NCBI RefSeq assembly: GCF_009914755.1
Contig: NC_060942.1
Strand: one strand, 5' to 3'
Length of the DNA stretch: 64,000 nucleotides
Source: the human T2T-CHM13v2.0 reference genome, Homo sapiens
Shown here: positions 1-13,584 of the stretch, in pieces
Position numbering within the stretch: position 1 is the stretch's first letter
Layout of the letters: each line of letters starts with the position of its first letter
Position numbers and translations under genes: made by a program
The notes under the pieces: model-generated
The model's database searches: none
What the model saw: only the letters and a program-made list of their open reading frames with translations
What the model was told of the DNA's origin: nothing

Positions 1-270
1 ATAGAAAACCTAGTTTTATTATGCTTTTAAAAAATTCATTTGGGCTGTTTTTTTAATTGGATTGTTTGATCGATTTACATTTAATGCTATTATTTATTGG
101 GTTTTAATTTGCCATTTTGCTGTTTTCTGTATGTCTTACATATTGTGTTCAATTCTATTACTGTCTTCTTTTGCATGAAATAATTTATAGTATGTCATTT
201 TAATTTCCTTGTTATATATATACATATGTGTCAAATATATACACATATACATACACGTGCATATGTGTGT

Positions 271-314
<44 letters not shown>

Positions 315-870
315 TTTTAGGGGTTGCCCTGAGTATTATAATGAGCATCTTTACTGTAACAATCTAGTTTGGAGTAACATAAAATTAACTCCAACTCACA
401 GAAAAACATTGCTCCTTTATAGCTCTGCTTCCCCCCCTCCCTCTTGCTATTATTTTCACATTAATTACATCTTTATGCCTTATACACCTAGTAACACAGA
501 TTTGTAATTTTTGCCTTATGAAGTTGGTTTTTGAATGAAATAGGAGAAAAAAGTTATCAAGAAAAAATATTTTATTGTCTTTGATTTTTAGCTGTGTAAT
601 TATCTTTATGGGCACTCTTTGTTCCCTCATGTGGATTGGAGATGTGCTGTCTGTTCATCTCAGCCTAAAGGACTGTCTTTTGTGTTTCTTATAAAGCAGG
701 TTCTTCATTGGTTTGGTCTTGAAATGTCTTAAACTCACGTTAATTTTTGAGGTCAGCTTTGCATCATATGGTATTCTTAGTTGGCCATCTTTCTTTTAGC
801 ACTTTGAAGATGCTTCCTACTGTCTTCTGGCCTTCATGGTTTCCGATGGGAAATCAGCTGCTTATCTTAC
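1..870 (-). mobile_element. Old L1M fragment (antisense ORF2 5' end/ORF1 region)
   Basis: T-rich sequence with L1M-like phrases (tttacatttaatgctattatt; gaaatcagctgcttatctt); boundaries approximate. Confidence 0.55.
263..312. repeat. (TG)n microsatellite
   Basis: Direct reading. Confidence 0.95.
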
Positions 871-2067
871 TGACTTGACACCATAGGCGATTTAAAATTC
901 CATAATAACACTGAAGATTGTGTAACATATCTCAAGGGTTAGCACTCTTTAAATAATTTATTTTTTCTTGCATAAGCATTTACATTTATGAATTTATCAA
1001 ATACTGACCATCTTTAGAATTATACTTTAAATGCTTATTGATTTATCATTATAATACAATTTCTATAATCGCTTTATATATTGTCTACAATTGGCATGCC
1101 CATGATTATAAACAATCACACCCTGGATAATTACATATTTTCCCATCCCCTAGAAGTGTTATCGACATTCATCCTGTTACTATTATTTCTGAGACAATGC
1201 GCTATTTCCTCACTTTGTAAAGGAAGCAAGTTGATGTTACTTGTCTTGGCGGGAGTCGGGTGTGTCCTGTGGGTATTTTGGTAAACAGGATTCTGATTGC
1301 ATCAAGACACTGACTCATTATCAACTCACAGAGTCAAACTGGGGATGAAGGAAATAGACAAAAGAGAGTGTGCAGTTTGTCTCCTATGAGTTGTTAAGAA
1401 CAACAAACTCTTGTAATAAAAATTACACATTTTGGAAATTGTAGCATTATAAATATGCTTGTCTAATAAGCTTTAAGTAAGTCAGTAAATATACAACTAT
1501 TACTGGTATTATTTCTTCCCCTGAGTACTCAGCCCCTCAGAAGTTAGCACAGTACACATGAAAGGGATAGCGTAACTGTCAGTGGAGACACAATGCGTTC
1601 CTGTTCCTCAGGCAAGGAGCACGGCAGCAGGCCAGGAATACGCAGAACCCATACAGGTCACTCTGTTATTGTGGTCATACGTGCACAATGGAGATTAAAT
1701 TGTCAGCTTTCTGCAAGGGGCAAAAGCGCCTGCCTCTAAGTAGGACAAAGTCCCTAATGAAGTATTCAGTTGGTCTTTGTATACTTATAACCAATGGAAG
1801 GTAAGTTCTATGGAAAATCTATAAACACGAGAAGGACATTATATAGTAATTAATATTCAGGGACTTCACACACATGTTAAAAAAAGAGTGGGAGATGAGT
1901 GGATTGTGGTCAAGATAAGAATGAGATGAGTTATCATGAGGGGTTGAATCAGCATGAAGAGGAGCATTTTGTAGAGTTGTCTTTTTGTCTTTTAGACTTT
2001 GCTAAGAATTCTATTCCCGTAGGTGGGGCAGTGACAACAATTTATAAAATTATGAATTCTTCTATCT

Positions 2068-2172
2068 GGCCAGGCACACTGGCTCACGCCTGTAATCCTA
2101 ACACTTTGGGAGGACGAGGTGGGAGGATCACTTGAGCTCGGGAGTTTAGGACCAATCTGGGTAACACAGACC

Positions 2173-2176
<4 letters not shown>
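2068..2176 (+). mobile_element. Alu left monomer (FLAM/AluJ-like)
   Basis: ggccaggcacactggctcacgcctgtaatcc...ggatcacttgagc; no right arm. Confidence 0.85.

Positions 2177-2258
<82 letters not shown>
2177..2258. repeat. Compound (CT)n(AT)n microsatellite in place of the Alu tail
   Basis: Direct reading. Confidence 0.95.
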
Positions 2259-2266
<8 letters not shown>

Positions 2267-2360
2267 CATCTATCTAGAACTCACATCTACTGATGGATGT
2301 TCTTTTTTTCTCTGCATGTTGGCCTGAGGTGTGGTTATGGTAGCACATGGTTTCAGGGCA

Positions 2361-2790
2361 TGTTAGTTTTACCAGGGCTGCTGTTATGCATTACTTTGAG
2401 CTGGGTGGCTTCACACATCTAAATTTAAATTGACTGTCTTACAGTTTCAGAACTAGAAGTCTGACTTCCAGGCATGGTCAGGGTCGTGCTCCCTTTGAGG
2501 GCTCCAGGGGAGGAGCTTCCTGCGTCTTGCCACTTCTGGTGGCTTCTGACTTTCTGTGGCTGTGTCTGCATCGCTCCAGTCTCTGTCTCGGAGTTCACAC
2601 GGCCTTCTCCTCTTCTCCATGTGTGTCTCTTATAAGGACAATTGCAACCAAACTTTAGGTAATCCAAGATAATCTCATTTTGAGATATTTAATTTAATTA
2701 TATCAGCAAAGACTTTTTTCCCAAGTAAAGTTACATTCGTAGGTTTTGGGAGTTAGGATGTGAACATATCTTTTTAACTTTATTGCATAC
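2361..2790 (-). mobile_element. ERVL-MaLR solo LTR (MLT1B/C-like)
   Basis: tgttagttttaccagggctgctgt...agaagtctg...cttataaggaca...gcaaagac matches reverse-complemented MLT1. Confidence 0.8.
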
Positions 2791-2875
2791 TATAAGTGAT
2801 ATTTCTTGGCTATAAAATAAATGATAGACAAAAGGCCTAATGAAGACTCTTACAAGGCAAGCAAGGCCAACATTA

Positions 2876-3762
<887 letters not shown>

Positions 3763-5227
3763 ACTTCCCATCCTTCAACCCACTGAATAGGCCAACCTCT
3801 TGACTACTGATCAAGGCAGAAGATGCATTTAGGCCAGTGTTTTATGAGATCTCAAAAAGGAACTCCAAAGCCAGGGGCTGGGGAGAAAAGCAGCCTCCAG
3901 GATGGCAGGATGGTCACTGTTTCAAGAACTGCCTCCTTACATCACCAGTGGAATCTTTGGAAAGACAAAATTCCAGATCAGAACCATCATGAACTGGCAA
4001 AGGAGAGCAATAGAAGAAAAGTTGCAACTCATAGATAATCGAGTTTTAATTACTCATATCCAAGCAAAGTCTTATCTCATAAAATGTTCTAGTTTATTAG
4101 ATTTTGATATGCACTGAAAAAAAAAATTCCAAGAAGCAATTGCATTTGGAGACCAATTGCCTTAGGATGTCTGCAACTAAAGTTAACCCAAATGAACAGT
4201 GAGCTGTAGTATCAGAAACAGAGAGACAGGTTTGTCATGTAGGGTGCATTGAGTCTTTGTGGAGTTCTATAATACTCAGACATATCATAAATCACCTAAA
4301 CAATATTCCTGGCCAGAAGAGTCAATACCTCTTTTAATCTGTACCTGTACTAACTAGATAGTGCATTTCTATGCATGTCTAAAATAGAGACAGAAACAAA
4401 TTAAAAAAAAAATTGCTGGAGACAACTGTGCCATCCATGGGGAATAGCATGGGGAAAGTGTCTTAAAAGAAAGACACTTTTCCTCTTTTACAGGCATTTC
4501 ATGTTTAAATATTCTATGAAATAAGCCAATTCAATTTTGGGAATGGTTTGGCCTCATTCAATTATTTGGTGAAAATTTAAAACTCTGCAAGGATTAACCC
4601 ATAAATCTGGCTATTCACATTGCCAGGCCAAAGATAATGTTCACATAATAATCCTGTGACCCTAGGACAATTCTGAATGCTGGTCCGGTAGAAATGATTT
4701 TTAAAATATCCAGGGGCTTTTGTGAGTTATCTAACTTAGTTATACAGGGTGGCATGAAATCTGGTGCATTATAATTCATAATTTATGTGAGAAATAGATT
4801 AACTTTGCTCAGCATTTATTGGATCTTTCAATATAATAAAATATCGTGGTTCTTCTATAATCTGTCATTTTGCTGAGTCACCAGCGCCTTGTTCCAAGAA
4901 AATTGCTGGAAGTGGGAGAGGCAAATGGTAATTAAACCATTATTGCAGTTGGCTTTTGCATAGTGTAACAGAAACTAAACTTAATGTGCCCCAAACAAAA
5001 TTTATTTCTCTCGTTCCCACCTCCCAACCTGCTTCCCTCACTATGGCCTGATTTAGACAGGAGACAACAAAATGGAAGTCAGACAGCCAAGCCAGAACCT
5101 AAAATGCAAGCTCAAAAATTTAATAAGTTTTAATTTTTAGAGCAGTTTTAGGTTTACAGGAAAAAAATAAAATGCAAGCTCAAAAATTTTGCCTTTTTTC
5201 CCTTTAGCCTCACATTTAAAAATGTTC

Positions 5228-5770
5228 TAATAAGTTTTAATTCTTAGAGACATTTTAGGTTTACAGGAAAATGGTACACACAGTACAGAGAGTTCCCGTG
5301 TGCTGTCTCTCCTTCCTCCCACAATCTCTCCTATTATCGTCTTACATTGGTGTGTACATTGATTACCACCGATGAACCATTATTGATGCATTATTATTAA
5401 CTAAAGTCCATAGTGTACATTAGGGCTCTGTGTCGTGCAGTTCTATGAGCTTTGACAAGCATACAATGTCATACATACACCACTACAATAAGAACACGAG
5501 ATGAGATCTCAAAAACTAAGTGCATACAACATCAACTACAGGCACTATGCTGCACTGCAGATCCCTGGAGCTTATCATCACACATACCTGAAACATTTCA
5601 CCCCATGAACAAACCCTGTTCCCCTCGTCCCCCAGCCTTGGCACCCACCACTCTACCCTCTGCTTCCTGAGTCTGTCTTTGGTAGCTCCTGCAAGTTCAA
5701 CAGGACAGTATTTGGATGGACCTGGAGGACATTGTGCCAAGTGAAATATGGCAGGCACAGAAGGAAAGAG
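5228..5770 (-). mobile_element. L1MC 3' end followed by L1MA-type fragments
   Basis: ttttaggtttacagg...cagtacagagagttccc...taactaaagtccatag typical of antisense L1MC 3'UTR; 5700-5770 looks like sense L1MA. Confidence 0.65.
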
Positions 5771-6729
5771 TCATTCATTCTTTGTGATTATATCTTTACA
5801 AGAAGTCCTGGGATAAAGCAGGCATGGAAGAGCTGTTTTTCTGAGTGAATACATAATATTAATAAGAGTAAACATTTCATACAGTGAGAGCAGCCAGCTG
5901 GTGGCACAGGCTCTGGTGGGCACTGGGGGTGGGCAGCAGTTTCCCCTCCAGGACAGAGGATGCATTCCCCACGGTCCTCAGCCGTCAGGTGCCTCCCATG
6001 TCCCTGCTGTGGAGAGCTGCCTGGCCCCCAAGGTCATGGCCTTCCTGGGGCAGCCTCCACTCCCGACAGCATGTGAAAAGCCCAGCCCCTCAGCCTAATT
6101 CAGAACAACTCAACACCATCCCAGCTCCCCGTGTCGGTGGGAATTGTCCCTCTTGAGGCTGTGTCTCAGCCCGGCTTTTACCTTCTCTCTAAAATTGATC
6201 CCAAGAGAGCTCCCTTCATGTAAATAAGCCCTGACATGCTGATCTTCACCTTGAAGTCAGCTTTGAATGGAGTCTAATCTGTGACACAGGCTTCCACTAA
6301 TTTGCAGGGGAATCAGGAGAAAACCAGATTTTTCTGCAAAAAAATAAAAAGCACAATGATTTCAACTGATAGGATGACTTGGTTGCCCTGTAGGGAGTGG
6401 GATGGGGACAAGGGAAATCAGACGAATAAAGCGAGGGTCTCTCAGGTGTGTTCAGTAGAAGAAGGAGACAGCAAAGCTACACCCAGGCTTCACAAAACCC
6501 TGTGCCATAAGCACTAACATCACCACTTCATAAACTGGGCCCAGTCAGACTAGAAAAGCTTCTACAGTCATTTTGCCTGTGAGCTGCAGAGTCACAAAGA
6601 GGCCTTGTTCCAAGACATTATCTCCAGTTAATCAGTAGTAAAGGTGTTGTTTATGTGATCTCAGCCGTGTGATCCTCAGAACTTCAAGTTAGGGCAAAGG
6701 AGGTCAAGACAGAGTGATTGTATTCTCTT

Positions 6730-6985
6730 ATTTTTGTGTTTTTGGAGACGGGGTCTCACTCTGTCACCCAGACTGGAGTTCAGGGTGTGATCACAGCACA
6801 CTGCAGCCTCTTACTCCTGGACTCGAGATCCTTCTACCTCAGCCTCTAGAGTAGCTGGGACTATAGGCACACAACACCATGACTATTAAAAAAAATGTGT
6901 AGAGATGTGGTCTTGCTATGTTGCCCAGGCTGGCCTTTAACTCCTGAACTCAAGCAATCTGCCCACCTTGGCCTCCCAAAGTGTC
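6730..6985 (-). mobile_element. AluJ, 5' truncated
   Basis: gagacggggtctcactctgtcaccc...ttgctatgttgcccaggctgg...aagcaatctgccc. Confidence 0.88.
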
Positions 6986-7381
6986 AGGGTGGACTGCAAA
7001 TCACCAGGAGCTCCACCCTCAGCAGGACAGGAGAGCTTCTTGGGCAGGACTAAGTGGCCTCTTTAGAGTACACCCACTTCTCCACAGAGAGAGCACCAAC
7101 GCAGACCCTAAGGAAGCTGCAGGTGCAGCTGATGGCAATCAGGGCATCGCTACCTGCAGAAAAGCATTTAGGCTGGCTTCCAAGAGGGCCGCTGGAGTGA
7201 CGGTCATTCTCTTCTTAAATTCACCCTTGTCTAGGTTCTGAGTTTGTTAATACGCGAGAGAGCGTATCCATTTCTCAGTGGTAGACACAACTTAACCAAG
7301 AGTGCGATACTCATGTGTAAAGCCGAATTTGCAATAAGCCCACACCATCCACCAGTCTTTCACTGCCTTCAGTCTGAATTC

Positions 7382-7503
7382 AAAGCCACTCTGCTCATGA
7401 GAAGTCATTTCAACATGCTAAAGTGAAGACTCACTGTCCCAGAGGCTGGGTGGAAAGCCATTCTGCTCATGATGAGAAGTCGTTTCAACATATTAAAGTG
7501 AAG
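7382..7503. repeat. Two diverged ~47-50-bp direct copies (7382-7428, 7454-7503)
   Basis: aaagccactctgctcatgagaagtcatttcaacatgctaaagtgaag vs aaagccattctgctcatgatgagaagtcgtttcaacatattaaagtgaag. Confidence 0.85.
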
Positions 7504-8569
7504 TCTTTCTCTAACATAAAAAGTTGCTTGCACAAATGCGTTATTGAGCATTGCCACAGAGGTTGTGGGAAAGTCAGAGACGTCATCTAGAGCTTTTCAC
7601 TGGTACAAACCCCAGCTGGACTTGCTCTTCCCCACACCTTACATCTTTGTGGTCGACAGCTCCACAAAACTTCTAAATCTCTCTGACTCTGTTTCCCTTT
7701 TCTGGGACCTCTCAGCATCTCCCCCTCTTTTTCAGAATATCGTCGTTCTGTCGTAGCTCTTGCAAATAGCAATCCCCTCCTCCAATTAATATTTCATTGT
7801 GTATAAAACACACTATTTCCTTAAATTGGGGTTCAGCCACTATAGATATCACCTGTTACAATGCTTTCGGCCTTGCAGGCTCTAGATTCTAGAATATTAA
7901 CACTCACGGGATAAATTCTTGGGGTTCTTAGCCACAGTAAGAATGGCTTCATCAAACGGATTGGAATACTAAAAAAAAAATCCTAGCTTAGGCTTCCTCA
8001 GCTCTGGAAAATATTATACTTTAACGTCCGTGGCCCCGTGAGCCTCTGGCCGCCCCCTCCAGGACTCAGTGCTGGCAGCCTCTTTCTGCATGAATGCAGC
8101 ATTTCCTAGTGTGCAGTGGATCAACTTGGGGTGAATTGTGGCAGTCTTGGGAGACATCTTGTGTTTTAAGATTATTTGTCCATCTTTTCTCTCAGGTGTT
8201 GATTTCATAATTTAACCTTTACAAGGTGATGGCATTTTCCTCATCATCAAGTTCTGGTGAGGCTTCACATGGTAACCACCTAACTGCAATGCCTTTGAGC
8301 CAATAACAATCAAGGCCAACAATAGCAAGCTGGTTTAAGAAAAAAATCAGTGCAATCCCTGATTATAGGCTGTCTGGGCAGAGGCAGACTTATAAAACGT
8401 GGAAAGCGTGATCTTACTCAGAATTGACAGTACCAGCCAGCCTTCCTTTTGCCATGATTCCTGTGTTTTATTTAGAAGGGGCTGGCGCACAGACCCATTC
8501 TGAGACCCTGATGACAGCTGAGGACTCTCTCCTGGGAAAAAAGCACAAGCTCCCTCTGCTGCCTCCACA

Positions 8570-9385
8570 TGGACACACACACACAAACATATACACTCAC
8601 ACACATACACACAGAGATACACACATACCTCCAGTGCACACTCATGCATCCACAGGCACTCATACACACTCACACACACACACACACAGAGACACAAACA
8701 TACATATAGAGATACACACATACCAACATCACACATCCACATCCACAGGCACTCTAACACACACACACAGACACATATATACAAATACACACAGAGACAC
8801 ATATATACATACAATACACACTCACACGTATCCACAGACACTGTCACACACAGATACACACACATACCCAGAGACACACACAAACATGCACATACACACA
8901 GAGATACACACATACCAACAACACACACACACATCCCCAGGCATTCTAACACACATACACTCACACAGACACACACATATATACATATACACGCAAAGAC
9001 ACATATATACATACAACACACACACATATCCACAGACACACACACACACAGACACACTGATATACACAGATACACACATACAACATACACATGTATCCAC
9101 AGGCACTCACACACATACACTCTCACACACTCATACACACACACCCCTATACACAGAGATACACACATACCTACAACACACACTCACATGTATCTGCAGG
9201 CACTCTAACACATAAATACACAGACACACACATATTTACATATACACACAGACACATACATACATATAACACACACAGGTATCCACAGGCACACATGGGC
9301 ACACGCACATATACATGGAGACACACACTTGTACAATGCATGTTCACACACATTCACAGGCACTCACACACACACACACACACAT
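8570..9385. repeat. CA-rich degenerate minisatellite with ~90-bp higher-order unit
   Basis: Recurring anchor (ca/ta)tccacag(g/a)cac separated by CA/TA/GA runs. Confidence 0.85.
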
Positions 9386-9614
9386 TACTGCAGGTACCTT
9401 CACGGGCTCACGAACCCCTTTGGTCTGTCCAGGAATCACAGCGTTCAGAACCCCTGCTGGGAATGAGGGCAGGTAACCTGAAAAGTGATGCCCAGGGCAC
9501 CTGCTTAGTGACCTAGGGTCGCCCATCCCACAAGCACTGAGTGCTCACCGCCTAGGAGGCAGCATGAGAGGTATAAGCAGGACTGTCCAGGTCACTGACT
9601 GTGGGATTTACTCC

Positions 9615-9619
<5 letters not shown>

Positions 9620-9654
<35 letters not shown>

Positions 9655-9725
9655 AAAAATATATATAATATATATAAAAATATAATATATATATAAAATA
9701 TATATAAATATATAATTTATATACA
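9620..9725. repeat. (TG)n followed by AT-rich low-complexity tract
   Basis: Direct reading. Confidence 0.9.
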
Positions 9726-10140
9726 TTTAAAGTCAAGGTCATAACTGGCAAGTGCAGGAGTTATGAAACTTTTGAAACTCTTTAGTTTCAAGAGCTTATG
9801 ATGTATAAATTGTACATGACAGAAACAATGTGGTCACATTCAGTCTCAATTATAGATGTTTCATTTTTTAGTATATTTTTAGAATTTGAGGATTAGGAAA
9901 CAGATGGGCAGATTTTAAAGCTTTTTGGAGGAGATGATTTAGTTATCAGAACATAACTAGTAAATTAGTAATGGGAACATTCTGTGTGACATGAGCTAAA
10001 CCTATTTTTTTGAATTTTAACTGCAGTTCTAAGGGGGCCCACCCCTTCCATTTCTTATGAACGTCTGGATGGTTGCTGGCTCTGGTGCTGCGCAGCTGCA
10101 ATGGGGGGCGGGTGGAAGCAGAGGTAAAATCCCTTACACA

Positions 10141-10441
10141 GGCCCGGCACGGTGGCTCACGCCTGTAATAGCAGACCTTTGGGAAGCTGAGGCGGGTGGA
10201 TCACGAGGTCAGGAGTTCAAGACCAGCATGGCCAAGATGGTGAAATCCCGTCTCTACTAAAAATGCAAAAATTAGTTGGGAGTGGTGAGCAGGTGCCTGC
10301 AATTCCAGCTACTCAGGAGGCGGAGGCAGGAGAATCACTTGAACCCGGGAGGCGGAGTTGCAGTGAGCTGAGATCATGCCACTGCACTCCAGCCTGGGCG
10401 ACAGAGTAAGACTCTGTCTCAAAACAAAGCAAAACAAAAAA
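10141..10441 (+). mobile_element. AluSg-like
   Basis: Full dimer; ggatcacgaggtcaggagttc diagnostic. Confidence 0.92.
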
Positions 10442-11379
10442 TACACCTCACATATGCAGCTTCCCCCTCCCAATATCTGGTCAGGCTTGATGCTTTATCC
10501 ATGGACAATTCAGACTCAGTGCGCATTATGTATTATTTGAAATCGATGTAATGACATCTGTGCTTATTGGCTGAAGTACACGAATCTTTCATGAGTAAAA
10601 ATAGCTCTTCCCTATTCCACTCTCGCAATGGGAAAAAGGTGCCCCTCCTACCCTCAGGTAGTTGGCCGTTGGCCTCTCACCTGCACCCAGACCTCTCAGG
10701 TCCTCACGGCCCAGCCTGCAGCAAATGTTGGCAAAGACTGTAAATGTGTTTTCTCCAGCGAGATTTTGTTATATAATCTCTTCATTACTTTCGCGCATGA
10801 ACTATAAACCACTTGTAATCAACTATGTGCTGCGAACAGTCAGTGATATTGTTTCCTTTCAGTCATTAAGAAACATGTGAGATATTATCATGCTGTATAT
10901 AGAGCCCTGGAGAATTTGAATTAATTCTCTTGCATTTTTCTTCCCACCATGAGACTTAGAGCATCATCTCTTAAGTGGTTGCTTTCTGTTTTCAGATGTG
11001 TATCTGAACAATTATTTTTTTCAATTTCTCTAGAGACCAAAACAAGGTTTTGAAGATCCTACAGAGGGGATGATGTTAGTACCTGCAACCCTTGCTGCAA
11101 TTCTGCAAAGAATTGGGCACTAGGAATTCTTTTCCACAGTCTTACCACATTCACACAATTCTCATTTTGCACAAGTTTTCATAATGCAAGTAAAATTAAA
11201 AGGTCCATTAGAGCATAGGGTGTGCATTGCAGAGATGGCGATGGTTTGCAATGCGGCCTCGTAACATGTGATGAGGTGTTGGAGCTAAGAAGTTGCTGCT
11301 CCTTAAAACAGGAGTCAGAGTCATTCTGTTTGAGTGCTCACTGTGAACTGAGGAACGGATTATTTGTGAAGGTGGACTT

Positions 11380-11620
11380 TATGCATCAGAATGTGAGCTG
11401 TCTTGGTGCATGTTCCCTGTACACTTGAGAGGATAGGAAGGACGTGTATTCTGCTGTTGCTGGATGGCATATTCTATATGGCATATTCTGGATGGCAGAG
11501 TCTATATGGATATTCTCGATGGCATATTCTGCTGTTGCAGGATGGCATATTCTATAAATGTCAATTACATCAAGTTGATTGACTGATAGTTTGGGTCATC
11601 TATATCTTTACTGATTTTGT
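11380..11620 (-). mobile_element. L1M ORF2 (EN region) fragment with internal repeat expansion
   Basis: gtgtattctgctgttg...ttctataaatgtcaatta...tctatatctttactgatttt. Confidence 0.7.
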
Positions 11621-11790
11621 TCCATATAATGCTGGAAGTCCTAGCCAGAGCAATTAGGCAAGAGAAAGACATAAAGGGTATCCAAATTGGAGAGGAAGAA
11701 GTCAAATTAGCCTTGTTTACAGACCACGTGATCTTATATTTAGAAGAACTTAAAGATTCCACCCAAATAAAGCCTGTTAGAACTGATAAG
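11620..11790 (+). mobile_element. L1 ORF2 RT-domain fragment
   Basis: Translates [38 protein letters not shown], homologous to the in-window ORF2 motif around FADD. Confidence 0.88.
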
Positions 11791-11849
11791 CGTATGACAC
11801 AAAACCAGAATCAATAAATTTCTAGGCCACCAAACGAACTTTTCAACCC

Positions 11850-13080
11850 GTGTTGCAGCTCCGATGCAGAAAGGGCACAGAGGTAGACACTCCCTGCATG
11901 ACAACAAGAGAAGGTGGGAAACTGAGATCAATGACTTTCCTTACACCCATCAAACAGCCGAGCTTGCAAAACAAACTGCCACCCCAAATCTGAAGAAACA
12001 GGAGGATCCAACTAAATGTGGCACCAGAGGTTTGCTTCCCTGGAGTGGAAGTCCCTGAATGGTGCGTGGTAGGACCTCACGCTGGGCTGTGGCTTTGACG
12101 AAGGTCTCAGGCTGGAGAATGGATTAGCGGAGAGCAAATGGCTCCTCCGGGCTGCGCCATGGGTGGCCTGGGGCTCACATTCAGGGGCTCACCTTGCAGA
12201 AACCCCACCAGGTTCTCACATCAAGGACCCAGGAAAAAGCCCCTCATGACTGTGAGAGAGGGAGGGGAGAGATACCCTTCTATGTATCACAGACCTACCC
12301 TCCAAGGGAGACTCACCCATCTAGAGGACACGCAGAAACAGCACCCTCCTGGAGAAAGGGCCCCACTCAGCCTGCCCTGGCCTTGCTGGAGGTGGGGCTT
12401 TTCGGGAAAAGAACGAGGAGGCTGAAGACAGGAAAGCCAGCGGGTGGGGAGGCTGGGACCCTGGGGGAGGGGTGGGAACATTGTGAAGGCCACACCCCAA
12501 GCCCTGGGGCCCTGTATTGGGTCTTTGTTGCATTGCTATAAAGAAATACCTGAGACTGGGTGATTTATAAAGGAGAGAAATTCGACTGGCTCATGGTTCT
12601 GCAGGCCGTACAGGAAGCCTGGTGCTGGCAGATCTGCTTCTAGGGAGTTCTCAGGAAGCTTCTGGTCATGGTGGAAGGCAATGCGGAGCCAGCGAGTCAC
12701 ATGATGAGACCCCGAGCAAGAAAGAGAGGCCGGGAGGTGCCACACTCTACAACAACCAGGTAAGACGGCACCAAGCCATGAGGGATCCATCCTCGTGACC
12801 CAAACGCCTCCCTCCAGGCCCCACCTCCAGCACTGGGGATCACAATTTCACATGAGATTTTGGTGGGACATATATCCAAACCATATCAGGACCTAAGAGA
12901 TGGAGACTTCATCAGAAAAGGATACACCCCTTCTGCCCGCCCCAGCCCCCACCTTATGGTGACACCAGCACGTTCAGTCTAACAGCAGCAGAGTCCAGCT
13001 GAAGGCGCTGCCGGTGGCACCTCTCAAAACAAGGAAAGGGTAACCTGTTACCTTGAGGGCTGGCATTGTTCCAGAGGTGG
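11850..13080 (+). mobile_element. Ancient L1 5' region (L1MCa/L1M4-like), split by MSTB
   Basis: cactccctgcatgacaacaag...aaactgagatcaatgactttcc...caaactgccacccc resembles recalled L1M 5'-end consensus. Confidence 0.5.
12513..12888 (-). mobile_element. MSTB (ERVL-MaLR) solo LTR
   Basis: TG...CA ends; ataaagaaatacctgagactgggt; gacggcaccaagccatgagggatcc; 5-bp TSD ggccc/ggacc at 12508-12512 and 12889-12893. Confidence 0.9.
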
Positions 13081-13584
13081 GGGTCCTGCCTCCCAGGCCA
13101 CCCTGCCGAACAGAGGTTGCAGCTGGCCCTGGGGACACGCACATGCGTGAAGAATAAGCCTGCATGTGGCATGCCGCCGACATGGGGGCATCTTTAATAT
13201 TTTGTCTAATAATGTATAAAAACTCCTTTACTACTGACACTCCTGCAGAAAAGGAGAAACTTATTACTGTGACTTAGAAACATGTTGGTTAAAACATTAT
13301 CCACCGAATCATTTTTATGAGTTGATCTTGAGAGCACTGAGTGTCTTAGAAAGAGAACTCTGGCAGAGAAGAACTACTATACTGGAGAGCGATGAAAAAA
13401 ATCTGTTTCAAAATGTTCTTACACTTGGTTTCTGCATTGGTTCATACACTGTTTCTTTTAGGTCAGAAACTTCTGTGCGTCATCTTGAAATAAAGGTTTA
13501 GATTCCACGGCATTTTCATATTTTAATAAATATCAGTGACGTACAAGAACTGAGCATGGATAATTAAAACACATTTCACCTTTA

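Noticed and set aside
1795-1806. Strong donor AAG|GTAAGT as evidence of an exon
   Set aside because: No convincing upstream acceptor or promoter identified; isolated motif
8347-9516. Long ORFs of 278, 263 and 141 aa
   Set aside because: Products of the CA/TG repeat (poly-HT/CV), which lacks stops by composition
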